From a virus (lineage: Duplodnaviria > Heunggongvirae > Uroviricota > Caudoviricetes), in IMG/VR virus record IMGVR_UViG_2667527998_000003, positions 1 through 7,777 of that record: a stretch of DNA of 7,777 bases; one strand, 5' to 3'. Of the stretch, positions 1 to 5,436 are shown piece by piece. A program made the position numbers and the translations under genes. Each line of letters opens with the position of its first letter. Within the stretch, counting starts at the first letter, position 1. The notes below the pieces were generated by a model that searched no databases, was not told the DNA's origin, and saw only the letters and a program-made list of their open reading frames with translations.

Positions 1-44
1 TCCTTCTGATGCCATTCTATTTCAGGAAGGAGTGTCCGTTAAAC

Positions 45-239
45 TCAGGCTACCTCACCCGTCCCGGATACCGAGAACGTTTCGTCCAGCAACTGGAGAG
101 AGTTCGACGGTGGCATCATTGCCCATGCCGGAGGCGCTGGAGGTTTCGGCTGAGGATGGCACAGGGCATTTTCCTTTGACGAGCACCCGACCACCATTAT
201 CAAGCTTGCGCCGAAGAGCATCATTTTCAGCTTTCGCAT
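45..239 (-). CDS. Rz1: Rz1-like o-spanin (outer-membrane lipoprotein), embedded in the +1 frame of Rz and extending about 10 nt past the Rz stop
   Basis: 64-aa translation [21 protein letters not shown]... has a lipoprotein signal with lipobox Cys near residue 19 and a proline-rich mature part ([11 protein letters not shown]), resembling lambda Rz1 as I remember it. ATG at 239..237 is preceded by an AAGGAG Shine-Dalgarno about 8 nt upstream. Confidence 0.85.
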   Translation of the reverse strand: MRKLKMMLFGASLIMVVGCSSKENALCHPQPKPPAPPAWAMMPPSNSLQLLDETFSVSGTGEVA

Positions 240-459
240 CAGCTAACTCCTTCGTGTATTTAGCATCGAGTGCATCAGCATCACGCTGGCGCTGCTGCAT
301 GTCAGTAATGGTTGCGTTCGCCAGCTTCAGTTCTCCGGCGTTTTTGTCGCGCTGCTCTTTGTAGGTAATGGCGTTATCACGGTAATGATTAACAGCCCAT
401 GACAGGCAGACGATGATGCAGATAACCAGAGCGGAGATAATCGCGGTGACTCTGCTCAT
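55..459 (-). CDS. Rz: Rz-like i-spanin (inner-membrane spanin subunit)
   Basis: From ATG 459..457 the protein begins [34 protein letters not shown]..., which matches the lambda Rz N-terminus as I recall it, with an N-terminal TM segment and coiled-coil middle. The start overlaps the endolysin stop (ATGA) and a GGGGGA RBS lies upstream. The track ORF start at 474 is a TTG and less likely. Confidence 0.85.
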   Translation of the reverse strand: MSRVTAIISALVICIIVCLSWAVNHYRDNAITYKEQRDKNAGELKLANATITDMQQRQRDADALDAKYTKELADAKAENDALRRKLDNGGRVLVKGKCPVPSSAETSSASGMGNDATVELSPVAGRNVLGIRDG

Positions 460-989
460 TGATCTATCCCCCAACAGGCTAATGCGCTTTCCTGGTCACG
501 ACGAATAACCTGTCCATAGCAGTTATTTGAACGTATGCGGCAATCGCGCCCAACATCTTTTATCCACCAGCGAATCGCCTCGCATGCGCCCTTACGATCA
601 CCGGCATTCAGCCGCTTATAAAACGTCGACGGGAAACACTTACCGGGGCCAATGTTATAGGGGCAAAATGACGCTATACCCGCTTTCTGGGGTTCGGTCA
701 GAGGTACTTTAATATTGCGCTCCACCCATGCCAGCGCCTTATCACGTTCAATAGCGTTAACCTGGTCACATTTTTCCTTCGACAGCTTCATTCCCGGTAT
801 GACAGGCTTACCATCCACCATTGTGGCACCACGACAGATGGTCCATATGCCAGAACCATCACGGTATGCCGTTGTGTGATTACCCTCTTTTTCGTTCAGA
901 AACTGGTCAAGTATCTGGGGAGCAGACGCGCCTGCGGCAATCAGCGCCAGAACAGCAGCCGACAGGCCGTATTTGATTTTTGCGCTCAT
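456..989 (-). CDS. R: SAR endolysin, T4-lysozyme-like (GH24) muramidase with N-terminal signal-anchor-release domain
   Basis: 177 aa with a Gly/Ala-rich weakly hydrophobic N-terminus ([18 protein letters not shown]), a catalytic E-x8-D-x5-T triad ([16 protein letters not shown]) and a C-terminal CWG motif, resembling phage-21-type R21/RrrD endolysins. It sits between the holin region and Rz. No obvious Shine-Dalgarno precedes the ATG. Confidence 0.9.
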   Translation of the reverse strand: MSAKIKYGLSAAVLALIAAGASAPQILDQFLNEKEGNHTTAYRDGSGIWTICRGATMVDGKPVIPGMKLSKEKCDQVNAIERDKALAWVERNIKVPLTEPQKAGIASFCPYNIGPGKCFPSTFYKRLNAGDRKGACEAIRWWIKDVGRDCRIRSNNCYGQVIRRDQESALACWGIDQ

Positions 990-1054
990 GGATATTTATC
1001 AGGATTTATCGGCAACAAATAACGAGCCAACTTATATACGCCTTTTAAGATAAG

Positions 1055-1684
1055 TCAGCCCCGGCTGGATCCAGTCATCAGGCTCTTTCTTAAAGGGGGA
1101 GTATTGAAATCACGAAGAAGAGCCTCCCGCACCGCAGCATCCATGTCTGCACCACTGGCAAGTGCTTCAATCTCTGCCGCCACCTGCAAATACCCCATGC
1201 AACGGCCAATGCGTTTCATAACTCTGGTGTTTTCGTCTTTCAGGCATCTGATAGCGAGATTAATAATTTTCAGGCAGTGATGATGCGATGCCCGGACAGG
1301 TTTTCCGTTCTCATAAACGACGAACTCACCCTCTTCACAGGAAACCCTGAAAGGCCGATGGGGTTCCTGGTCTTTATCCGGTGCAGACGCAATAAAATCA
1401 CTTTTATGCTCTTCCTCTCCGGCACTGTTAACCGTAATGACGTACTCAGGCCGCAGGTAAGCCGCCTCTTTTTCTGACAATGCGGCCGGTAAAAACTTTT
1501 CCTGCAAAAACTTCATAAAAGTCTCGTGAGCGACTTTGTGGCAGTAATCGTAAATCGCCGCATAATGCTCATCGCGGCGTTTGTTTTCATCTTCAGAACT
1601 CACCAACGCCGACAATTTTTTATTAAGCTCAGTGATTTCATTTTCCAGGTGATTGAATCGCTGATTCATTTCTTCATGCTTCAT
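1055..1684 (-). CDS. hypothetical 209-aa soluble protein inserted between pinholin and endolysin; function unknown
   Basis: Intact ORF whose ATG (1684..1682) lies 3 nt after the holin stop and is preceded by a GGGGAGAG RBS. The N-terminus is a predicted coiled coil (MKHEEMNQRFNHLENEITELNKKLSAL); there is no signal peptide, no TM segment and no motif I recognise. Confidence 0.6.
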   Translation of the reverse strand: MKHEEMNQRFNHLENEITELNKKLSALVSSEDENKRRDEHYAAIYDYCHKVAHETFMKFLQEKFLPAALSEKEAAYLRPEYVITVNSAGEEEHKSDFIASAPDKDQEPHRPFRVSCEEGEFVVYENGKPVRASHHHCLKIINLAIRCLKDENTRVMKRIGRCMGYLQVAAEIEALASGADMDAAVREALLRDFNTPPLRKSLMTGSSRG

Positions 1685-1687
1685 TAT

Positions 1688-1873
1688 TTACTCTCCCCGT
1701 GCAGCCTTACGCTTGTCTTCTCTTATTTTGAAATACAGATTCGTCAGATAAGTCAGAAGCCCCAGAAGCAGACTTCCCAGCACACCAATCGCAGCCCACT
1801 GTGATGGCCTGACCTGATCCAACCACTGCAAAAACCAGTAGCCGGCACTGCCGGCGGAGGTGCCGTAGGCAAT
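1688..1873 (-). CDS. S: class II pinholin, phage-21 S21-like, 5'-truncated by the N-run (start codon not present)
   Basis: My own translation of the minus strand gives [61 protein letters not shown] followed by TAA at 1690..1688, near-identical to the S21 pinholin sequence as I remember it. About 7-10 N-terminal codons are lost in the N-run at 1874-1883. It is absent from the ORF track because it has no start codon. Confidence 0.8.
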   Translation of the reverse strand: MAYGTSAGSAGYWFLQWLDQVRPSQWAAIGVLGSLLLGLLTYLTNLYFKIREDKRKAARGE

Positions 1874-1883
1874 NNNNNNNNNN
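1874..1883. other. run of 10 N (assembly gap or masked bases) interrupting the holin 5' end
   Basis: Literal n characters in the sequence; the flanking sequence on the high-coordinate side does not encode the expected holin N-terminus. Confidence 0.95.
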
Positions 1884-1945
1884 CCGCAAATAACGGATGG
1901 CGTAGTTTTACACTGAGAAATGAAAGGGATTTGAAAAGAAAAAAC

Positions 1946-2152
1946 CGCAAAAGCGGGCGAAACGATATATACAATAAGGAAAGCACTCTATCCAACAAAC
2001 CACTCACAGTTAATCGGAATAAAAGCAGAGTGCTTATGAATGATCGCCTGCCCGAAGGTTAGTATTTCTGCACAGCAATTTTGCAAAAAAAAGCGATCAT
2101 TCATAACTTAAACGTCTTTCAGTCACTCCGGGATTTCCCATCATCGCAGACT
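1946..2152. repeat. copy 1 of a ~207-bp non-coding direct repeat unit with internal inverted repeats
   Basis: 1946-2152 aligns without gaps to 2164-2370 with 5 mismatches. It contains 14-bp inverted-repeat arms TTATGAATGATCGC (2034-2047) and GCGATCATTCATAA (2093-2106) around a 45-nt loop, plus an outer 7-bp inverted repeat GCACTCT/AGAGTGC. No credible ORF. Confidence 0.8.
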
Positions 2153-2162
2153 NNNNNNNNNN
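2153..2162. other. run of 10 N exactly at the junction between the two repeat copies
   Basis: Literal n characters; the position coincides with the repeat boundary. Confidence 0.95.
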
Positions 2163-2163
2163 A

Positions 2164-2370
2164 CGCAAAAGCGGGCGAAACGATATATACAGTAAGGAAA
2201 GCACTCTATCCAACAAACCACCCACAGTTAATCGGAATAAAAGCAGAGTGCTTATGAATGATCGCACGCCCGAAGGTTAGTATTTCTGCACAGCAATTTT
2301 GCAAAAAAAGGCGATCATTCATAACTTAAACGTCTTTCAGTCACTCCGGGATTTCCCATCATCGCAGACT
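2164..2370. repeat. copy 2 of the ~207-bp non-coding direct repeat unit
   Basis: Gapless alignment to 1946-2152 at about 97.6% identity; same inverted-repeat arms at 2252-2265 and 2311-2324; ends 13 nt before the 3' end of the Gly tRNA gene. Confidence 0.8.
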
Positions 2371-2383
2371 GAAAGACTCTGAC

Positions 2384-2458
<75 letters not shown>

Positions 2459-2461
2459 ATA

Positions 2462-2537
<76 letters not shown>

Positions 2538-2539
2538 AC

Positions 2540-2616
2540 TGGACCGCCACCGGGGACTCGAACCTCGCACACTCAACTTAAAGGGTTGACGCTCTTTCCT
2601 GATGAGCTAGTGGCGG
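2540..2616 (-). tRNA. atypical tRNA-like gene; anticodon loop reads UUU but with C at position 33 and one T-stem mismatch; possibly a degenerate or variant phage tRNA
   Basis: Reverse complement CCGCCACTAGCTCATCAGGAAAGAGCGTCAACCCTTTAAGTTGAGTGTGCGAGGTTCGAGTCCCCGGTGGCGGTCCA has a perfect 7-bp acceptor stem (CCGCCAC/GTGGCGG), TTCGAGT T-loop, anticodon stem TCAAC/GTTGA, loop CCTTTAA and encoded CCA. The D-loop is non-canonical and the T-stem has an A-C mismatch. Confidence 0.5.
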
Positions 2617-2617
2617 T

Positions 2618-2693
2618 TGGTGGCCCTTGCTGGATTTGAACCAGCGACCTGGCGATTATGAGTCGCTCGCTCTCACCACTGAGCTAAAGGGCC
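2618..2693 (-). tRNA. tRNA with CAU anticodon, most similar to tRNA-Ile2 (lysidine type, ileX/ileZ-like); elongator Met not excluded
   Basis: Reverse complement GGCCCTTTAGCTCAGTGGTGAGAGCGAGCGACTCATAATCGCCAGGTCGCTGGTTCAAATCCAGCAAGGGCCACCA has perfect acceptor and T stems and anticodon loop CTCATAA. It is close to the E. coli ileX sequence as I remember it. Phage ileZ genes occupy this position downstream of Q. Confidence 0.8.
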
Positions 2694-2702
2694 GGGCGCA
2701 GG

Positions 2703-2731
2703 ATAATAACGTTACGAAATCAATGTTGCAA
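2703..2731 (-). promoter_or_regulatory. sigma70-type promoter for the tRNA cluster
   Basis: On the minus strand: -35 TTGCAA (2731..2726), 17-bp spacer, -10 TATTAT (2708..2703), then GC-rich discriminator CCTGCGCCC running into the tRNA 5' end at 2693, as is typical of stable-RNA promoters. Confidence 0.5.
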
Positions 2732-2795
2732 GCATTCAAAAATCACCCTTATCTCCTCCACCAGCGCATTCACCATGTCTATCCGAGATAAGTGG

Positions 2796-2828
2796 CACAA
2801 AAAACCCGCTTGTGGGCGGGTTTTGTTT
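2796..2828. terminator. intrinsic terminator hairpin with U-tracts on both sides; tR'-like for the minus-strand late leader
   Basis: Stem AAAACCCGC (2801-2809) pairs with GCGGGTTTT (2816-2824) around a 6-nt loop. The minus strand reads GCGGGTTTTTTGTG after the stem and the plus strand reads TTTTGTTTG. It is near-identical in architecture to the hairpin at 4398-4424. Confidence 0.65.
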
Positions 2829-2874
2829 GCTTTTGCCATCACGTACAAAATCGGCAAAGTATCAGATTTGCATG

Positions 2875-2903
2875 AATATATGCCTTTCAATCTACTTTTG
2901 CAA
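2875..2903 (-). promoter_or_regulatory. candidate late promoter (pR'-like) overlapping the 3' end of the 229-aa gene
   Basis: Minus strand: -35 TTGCAA (2903..2898), 17-bp spacer, -10 TATATT (2880..2875), with an A-tract upstream. The predicted start near 2868 gives a 45-65-nt leader ending at the 2801-2824 terminator, the classic pR'-tR' arrangement. A -10-like GATACT in the early transcribed region could be a pause element. Confidence 0.45.
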
Positions 2904-3575
2904 CACTTTGCTTTGAAAATGCCGTCTTTTTTTTGAACGTGTTCTCATTACAAACAATAAAGCCTCACTATCCAGTCGGTGAAAAATGTGTTTCATTGCA
3001 ACCCAGTGACGAGTAAATGTTTTGGACCAGTTTTTAGTTGTCACTCCCGCCAGTAATGCCAGCTCCTGGTATTCATAACCTTCCCCACCAAAAAGTTCTG
3101 CTTTTACTGCCTGCGCCGCCAGCCAGATTAATTTTTTCAGGCGTTCCTGCGTTTTCCCTGCAATTTTTCTGGTACCGGATTGAGCATTAAATTCATTCCA
3201 CGCCCACTGTGTTATCGCGATCTGATATTCCCAACAAATACTCCCGCTGTAACACCACAACAACCAGGCTTTATAGTGCTCTTCAAGAGACAGAACAGCC
3301 CGCCGCCACGATGATGTCGAAAACTCAACCGGACTGACCAGAGGAATTGACGTCCCCTTCGCCAGCGATTGCTTTCCCGGGATTGGTGGATTATCCCGCG
3401 TTATCATTTTTCCAGTCACTTCATCGCGGTACCGGATTTTTTTACGCCTGTAACGCCCTGTATCGAACATGGCATTCTCTTGCCAGGCTTCAAGCTGACC
3501 TTTTGTTGCCCCACTCAAATCAGCGGTGGCGATAATGAGCTGCTCACGCACAAACTGTAAATACTGGTTATTCAT
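2892..3575 (-). CDS. putative late-gene antitermination protein (Q-like), 227-229 aa; assignment mainly positional
   Basis: Intact ORF directly downstream of rusA (start overlaps the RusA stop; ATG at 3575..3573, alternative GTG at 3581) and directly upstream of the promoter, terminator, tRNAs and lysis genes, which is the canonical Q position. I do not recognise the sequence itself with certainty. Confidence 0.45.
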   Translation of the reverse strand: MNNQYLQFVREQLIIATADLSGATKGQLEAWQENAMFDTGRYRRKKIRYRDEVTGKMITRDNPPIPGKQSLAKGTSIPLVSPVEFSTSSWRRAVLSLEEHYKAWLLWCYSGSICWEYQIAITQWAWNEFNAQSGTRKIAGKTQERLKKLIWLAAQAVKAELFGGEGYEYQELALLAGVTTKNWSKTFTRHWVAMKHIFHRLDSEALLFVMRTRSKKRRHFQSKVLQK

Positions 3576-3937
3576 GCGCACCCCAGTTCTGTGATTTTTA
3601 TCCCCAGCCGCCCACCAGGAACGAGCTGACCGCGCACAATATTGATTTCATCAAACTGCTCGTCGTCTATAAGTAGTCCAGCATGCGTCAGCGCATCCAG
3701 CGGTGCCTTCAGGATATTGTCCAGGTCACGACGGCGCTTATCCGGTGGCTCTGCAATAATCTTTATCGCCAGCCTTCCGGACAGGTTTAATTTCAGTCGC
3801 TGCTGGCGAACAATTAGCGCCACATCACGGCGATAACGCTCACCGGCTTTTGATACAAAATATGTGCTGCCACGACGTCGCCAGTAGGTGTTCACCGTTG
3901 GCGGGTAAGGCAAAACAAATTCTATGCGTTCGGTCAT
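3572..3937 (-). CDS. rusA: RusA-family Holliday junction resolvase
   Basis: 121 aa MTERIEFVLPYPPTVNTYWRRRG...PPDKRRRDLDNILKAPLDALTHAGLLIDDEQ... aligns by eye with E. coli RusA (conserved DRRRRDLDN and DALT.AG..DD.Q blocks). Typical nin-region location. Confidence 0.85.
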   Translation of the reverse strand: MTERIEFVLPYPPTVNTYWRRRGSTYFVSKAGERYRRDVALIVRQQRLKLNLSGRLAIKIIAEPPDKRRRDLDNILKAPLDALTHAGLLIDDEQFDEINIVRGQLVPGGRLGIKITELGCA

Positions 3938-4207
3938 TTATGCTTTCCACTTCAGAACACCCGAATTTCTCGCGTGCATTAAAAAACGAATCAGCAACAA
4001 CAACTGACTACCGTGTTTTTCTTCAAAATCTTTTACCCCGGCGTGTAGTTCGTTATGGCATTTACGACACAGCGGAATAACAAACAAATCGTCAGCCTTT
4101 GTTCCCATCCCTCCCAGTCCATGACCAATGATGTGGTGCGGATCATCTGCCTGATTGCCACACGTCATGCATTTCTGCGTTTTTACCCAGCGCGTGTATA
4201 CAGGCAT
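3938..4207 (-). CDS. YbcO-like (DUF1364) zinc-binding protein with HNH-type motif arrangement, putative nuclease
   Basis: From MPVYTRW the 89-aa protein carries CMTC...DPHH...GTK...LCRKCHNELH (two CxxC pairs, HH dyad, CH-N-x2-H). Its stop abuts the rusA ATG. The true start is uncertain: the frame stays open upstream to the N-run, and a GTG about 24 codons upstream with an AGGAAG RBS is an alternative. Confidence 0.6.
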   Translation of the reverse strand: MPVYTRWVKTQKCMTCGNQADDPHHIIGHGLGGMGTKADDLFVIPLCRKCHNELHAGVKDFEEKHGSQLLLLIRFLMHARNSGVLKWKA

Positions 4208-4358
4208 CTCTTCCCGTTGTGGTTTCTGGCGCTGGAGATACTGAGCCGGAGATTCCGGATCAACGGCAATGCTGACCACCGTCTCTTCCTGTGGTGGATT
4301 CTGTTGCTGGTGGGCGTGAGGCAGCGGCGCAAGATTTTTTGTGCGCTGCTTCAGTATG

Positions 4359-4368
4359 NNNNNNNNNN
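4359..4368. other. run of 10 N between the terminator after the Q gene and the nin-type genes
   Basis: Literal n characters. Confidence 0.95.
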
Positions 4369-4397
4369 TGTTTAACGTCCTGTACCGTTTTTCAGGC

Positions 4398-4424
4398 ATA
4401 AAAAACCCGCCCGGAGGCGGGTTT
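4398..4424 (-). terminator. intrinsic terminator (tR'-like) about 90 nt downstream of the QuuD-type Q gene
   Basis: Stem AAACCCGCC (4403-4411) pairs with GGCGGGTTT (4416-4424) around loop CGGA. The minus strand reads GGCGGGTTTTTTATGCC; the plus-strand side lacks a U-tract. Confidence 0.65.
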
Positions 4425-4467
4425 AAGCTGTGTGGCGAAGCAACCACTCTTAACAGAATATCCCGTT

Positions 4468-4496
4468 TTTTACGTACGTAAAATATTTTCTAGAAA
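4468..4496. promoter_or_regulatory. pair of perfect palindromes in the interval between the Q stop and the terminator; candidate protein-binding or late-promoter region
   Basis: TTTTACGTACGTAAAA (4468-4483, 16 bp perfect) and TTTCTAGAAA (4487-4496, 10 bp perfect) lie 3 nt apart. No convincing -35/-10 pair could be assigned by eye. Confidence 0.35.
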
Positions 4497-4510
4497 GTCG
4501 CCCCTTACCA

Positions 4511-4891
4511 TCAGGGATGTTCAATATATTTGTCCATTTCTAACCGGACACCCAACATCATCAACATTCCTTCCACCACCCCCTCGGCTTTTTGTAGCTT
4601 CTTTCCTATATAACCATCTGAGCATCCATGCTTCCGCGCCAGCGTCATGAATGTCATCCCAAACACGTAGTAGTCAACCAGCAAGTCATGTAGATCGTTG
4701 TTGTTCCGGTTAAGGCGGGCCATACACCCACATATAACCATCGCGTCATCGTCACAGCATTGCGGGCGGGATTTTACTTTTGAAGGGATTAATCCCTTAA
4801 AACCGGCAGCAATGGACGACCAGGTCACATCCTCATGATTATTAGCCACCCACGCGCCCCAGCGCTCAAGAACCTGCTGAATATCACGCAT
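4511..4891 (-). CDS. Q: antitermination protein Q, QuuD/phage-21 type (about 126 aa)
   Basis: From ATG 4891..4889 the protein [60 protein letters not shown]... is strongly similar to DLP12 QuuD as I recall it. It sits immediately after ninH with an 8-nt overlap. The track ORF start at 4927 is a TTG inside ninH. Confidence 0.8.
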   Translation of the reverse strand: MRDIQQVLERWGAWVANNHEDVTWSSIAAGFKGLIPSKVKSRPQCCDDDAMVICGCMARLNRNNNDLHDLLVDYYVFGMTFMTLARKHGCSDGYIGKKLQKAEGVVEGMLMMLGVRLEMDKYIEHP

Positions 4892-5084
4892 CACTGTCTT
4901 TACCCCTGTCCCATCCACGATGAACAATCAGAACACCATCAACAATGGCGTGCCCTTTGCCCTCTTTATCTTCAGCATATTTTCTTACCGTGGCGCGATT
5001 ACAGTTCAGCATTCGTGAAACTTCGGTCATATTACCTCGTGTCTGGATAAGCAGTTCCGGTATCGTTTGAATTTTGACGCTCAT
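4884..5084 (-). CDS. ninH: NinH-like small DNA-binding protein
   Basis: 66 aa [58 protein letters not shown]... aligns along its length with lambda NinH from memory. ATG at 5084..5082 is preceded by a GGAGAG RBS. Confidence 0.85.
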   Translation of the reverse strand: MSVKIQTIPELLIQTRGNMTEVSRMLNCNRATVRKYAEDKEGKGHAIVDGVLIVHRGWDRGKDSDA

Positions 5085-5179
5085 CAAATACTCTCCGGTT
5101 CGGTGATTTTTATCCCGGGCTTTCCACCAGGGACATAATGATCGCGCACAAGCCAGGGCAAAACAAACTCATGGCGCAT
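5084..5179 (-). pseudogene. rusA remnant: 31-codon in-frame fusion of RusA N- and C-terminal segments (internal deletion of roughly 90 codons)
   Basis: My translation of the minus strand is MRHEFVLPWLVRDHYVPGGKPGIKITEPESI followed by TGA. EFVLP matches the N-terminus and VPGGKPGIKITE the C-terminus of the intact RusA at 3572-3937 (RIEFVLPYPP... and ...LVPGGRLGIKITELGCA). The DNA at 5101-5150 is visibly similar to 3590-3640. Start and stop overlap the neighbouring genes. Confidence 0.5.
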
Positions 5180-5436
5180 CAGCGCAGCGCCTCCTGCACC
5201 AGTTTTTCAAACTTTCCGACTCTGGTTTCCAGCTCTGCCACACAGTCCACCAGCTCATCTACTGCTTTCTGTGCGCGATGCTTCGCCTGCATCAGTTCCC
5301 GAAGCGCGGGTACCATATCTTTACGGATAGCATCTTTTGTTATGCCCGTTTTTTCGAGTTGTTCAGCATGACGCAGCATTTCCTGCGCGTGTTTACGCAA
5401 TTGTTCAGGGGTAAAAGTCATTGTCTGGTTGTTCAA
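5179..5436 (-). CDS. hypothetical 80-85-aa helical protein, function unknown
   Basis: ORF begins at the helicase stop (TTG overlapping TGA at 5436; first ATG at 5421) and ends in an overlap with the rusA remnant start. Charged, helix-prone sequence with no motif I recognise. Confidence 0.5.
   Translation of the reverse strand: MNNQTMTFTPEQLRKHAQEMLRHAEQLEKTGITKDAIRKDMVPALRELMQAKHRAQKAVDELVDCVAELETRVGKFEKLVQEALR

Noticed and set aside
32-364. 110-aa plus-strand ORF
   Set aside because: Lies entirely antisense to the well-supported Rz/Rz1 genes; Ser/Ala-rich low-complexity translation typical of an antisense frame.
527-712. 61-aa plus-strand ORF
   Set aside because: Antisense to the endolysin gene; no RBS or recognisable features.
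1277-1804. Plus-strand ORFs of 66 and 92 aa (1277-1477 and 1526-1804)
   Set aside because: Antisense to the 209-aa gene and the holin; the hydrophobic, Phe/Ile-rich composition is what the reverse frame of an AT-rich coding region produces.
1707-2007. Minus-strand track ORFs 1707-1889 and 1753-2007 that run through the N-run
   Set aside because: They are in the wrong frames relative to the recognisable holin sequence and their translations include X residues from the N-run; artefacts of translating across the gap.
2059-2109. Promoter-like elements inside the repeat unit (TTGCAA with TAACTT on the plus strand, or TTGCAA with TACTAA on the minus strand)
   Set aside because: The -10 candidates are weak (missing the conserved final T or central positions); TTGCAA is palindromic and recurs, so a chance match is likely.
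1946-2370. Possible CRISPR array
   Set aside because: Only two copies of a ~207-bp unit with no short repeat-spacer periodicity and no cas genes; not CRISPR-like.
3347-3836. Plus-strand ORFs of 62-64 aa inside the 229-aa gene and rusA
   Set aside because: Antisense to better-supported minus-strand genes; alternative (TTG) starts and no RBS.
4208-4447. N-terminal extension of the track ORF 3938-4447 (MVASPHSLNPPPGG...)
   Set aside because: It runs through the terminator hairpin and the N-run; the frame across 10 N is meaningless. Only the part from 4207 downward (or from a GTG about 72 nt upstream) is credible.
5098-5160. 20-codon ORF (MSLFCPGLCAIIMSLVESPG) in the interval between the 85-aa gene and ninH
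   Set aside because: A different frame of the same DNA is explained as the rusA remnant; this frame has no RBS or similarity to anything.
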